From NCBI RefSeq assembly GCF_016433145.1, contig NC_058131.1, positions 534,960,168 to 535,024,167 of the forward strand: DNA of 64,000 bases. Direction: 5' to 3'. This document shows positions 63,076 through 64,000 of this stretch, in pieces (the stretch's first letter is position 1; each line of letters opens with the position of its first letter). This stretch comes from Gracilinanus agilis. Lineage: Eukaryota. The notes beneath the pieces were generated by a model that worked only from the letters and a program-made list of their open reading frames with translations, was not told the DNA's origin and searched no databases. Position numbers and translations under genes: made by a program.

Positions 63076-63083
63076 TCTTAAAC

Positions 63084-63370
63084 AATTCTGTAACTCAGTA
63101 ATAATCAAAATTACAAGTAAAATAACTTTTAGGTATTACTCCAAAGCTATACCAATGAAATTGGCCAAAACAATTTAAAGCTGAGAAACTCAACATTGAT
63201 GGGGCTTTGGAGAAATAGGCACACTCATCCATTGCTAGAAATATAGAAAAAATTATTATTCTTTGAAGAGTACTCTCATAGCATTCTACAATGATGACTG
63301 AAATGATAATATCCATTGCCTCAAAAATTCTTTTGCTGAGAATTGTGACATTAAAATCATACAGAGTCTG
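63084..63370 (+). mobile_element. Old L1 ORF2 C-terminal fragment
   Basis: cattgatggggctttggagaaataggcacactcatccattgct. Confidence 0.65.
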
Positions 63371-63373
63371 CAT

Positions 63374-63803
63374 TGTTGGTTCAAAAATAAATCAAATTTA
63401 CTAAAATGGACTGTTTACTACACTCTAACTAGTCATGGTCTCCTTCTAGTCTGAAGAGATAAGAGAACTGGAGGTTGGATGAGAAGACTGTTGACCAGCA
63501 GCAGAGAGCCAGAGAGCAGGGCCAAGCTCTGGATCTACACTTCCGAGAGAGAGCCAGAGCAGAGGCCAAGTACAACCAAAATCTGAAGTGAAGCTGGCCA
63601 AAAAAATGGCCGCCTTCCTGAAGCCCCGCGATATAATTCCCTTCTGACGTCATCACCTAGCCCCACCCCAGGGGATGCTGAGGGGTTTTTCATTGGAGAA
63701 CAGCTTCACAGGAAATGAACAAGAGACTTCCTCTCAGGAAGTGGCTGCTCTTCCCAAAGCCAAGTCACTAACGCTTTCCTAGATTTTATTACCTTGTCTC
63801 TCA
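63374..63803 (-). mobile_element. Probable solo LTR with an intact-looking Pol II promoter cassette
   Basis: TG...CA termini. Minus-strand order ETS, CCAAT, GGGGTGGGG, TGACGTCA, TATA-like, YY1, then a CT-rich R-like region. TSD not confirmed. Confidence 0.6.
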
Positions 63804-63815
63804 CGAGAGTTAAAT

Positions 63816-63971
63816 GGCTGGGACATCTCGGTGGCTCAGTGGATTGAGAGCCAACCCCAGAGACGGAAGGTCCTGGATTCAAATGTGGCCTCAGACACGT
63901 CCCAGCTGTGTGACCTGGGCAAGTCACTTAACCCCCATTGCATATCCCTTACCACTCTTGTGCCTTGGAAC
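63816..63971 (+). mobile_element. SINE1_Mdo-like element
   Basis: ggtggctcagtggattgagagccaaccccagagacggaaggtcctggattcaaatgtggcctcagacacgtcccagctgtgtg. Confidence 0.88.
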
Positions 63972-64000
63972 CCTTTTGATCCTGGTTAAAATTAGTTCTA

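Noticed and set aside
805-63927. ORF-track entries as protein-coding genes
   Set aside because: All are 135 aa or shorter. Most overlap L1, L2, SINE or MITE sequence or microsatellites, many start at TTG/GTG, and none resembles a protein I recognise apart from degraded L1 ORF2.

Overview
This window is AT-rich, CpG-depleted mammalian non-coding DNA, almost certainly marsupial. Opossum-type SINE1, Mar1, MdoRep1-like and marsupial L1 sequences point to Monodelphis domestica or a close didelphid (inference from family recognition, no database search). It is dominated by transposable elements: L1, L2, L3/CR1 and RTE fragments, MIR/Mar1/SINE1 SINEs, at least five solo LTRs, five hAT MITEs (four with perfect 8-bp target-site duplications), two old Charlie4-like MITEs and a 7SL retrocopy. 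It also has microsatellites and three N gaps. I cannot support any intact protein-coding gene, rRNA, tRNA or CRISPR array; the listed ORFs are short and mostly repeat-derived or span gaps. No novel biological system is demonstrable from sequence alone. The best leads are: (1) a solo LTR at 58.6-59.2 kb with promoter motifs and an internal splice donor that could splice past its own poly(A) signal to a strong acceptor at 59779; (2) a CpG-retaining, repeat-free block at 5.4-6.4 kb next to a minus-strand candidate exon; (3) an unidentified, degraded coding-like stretch at 12.1-13.6 kb; (4) young hAT MITEs, one with TIRs like a horizontally transferred family. Repeat family names come from recalled consensus features. 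Boundaries of old repeats are approximate (about 20-50 bp) unless a TSD is quoted.
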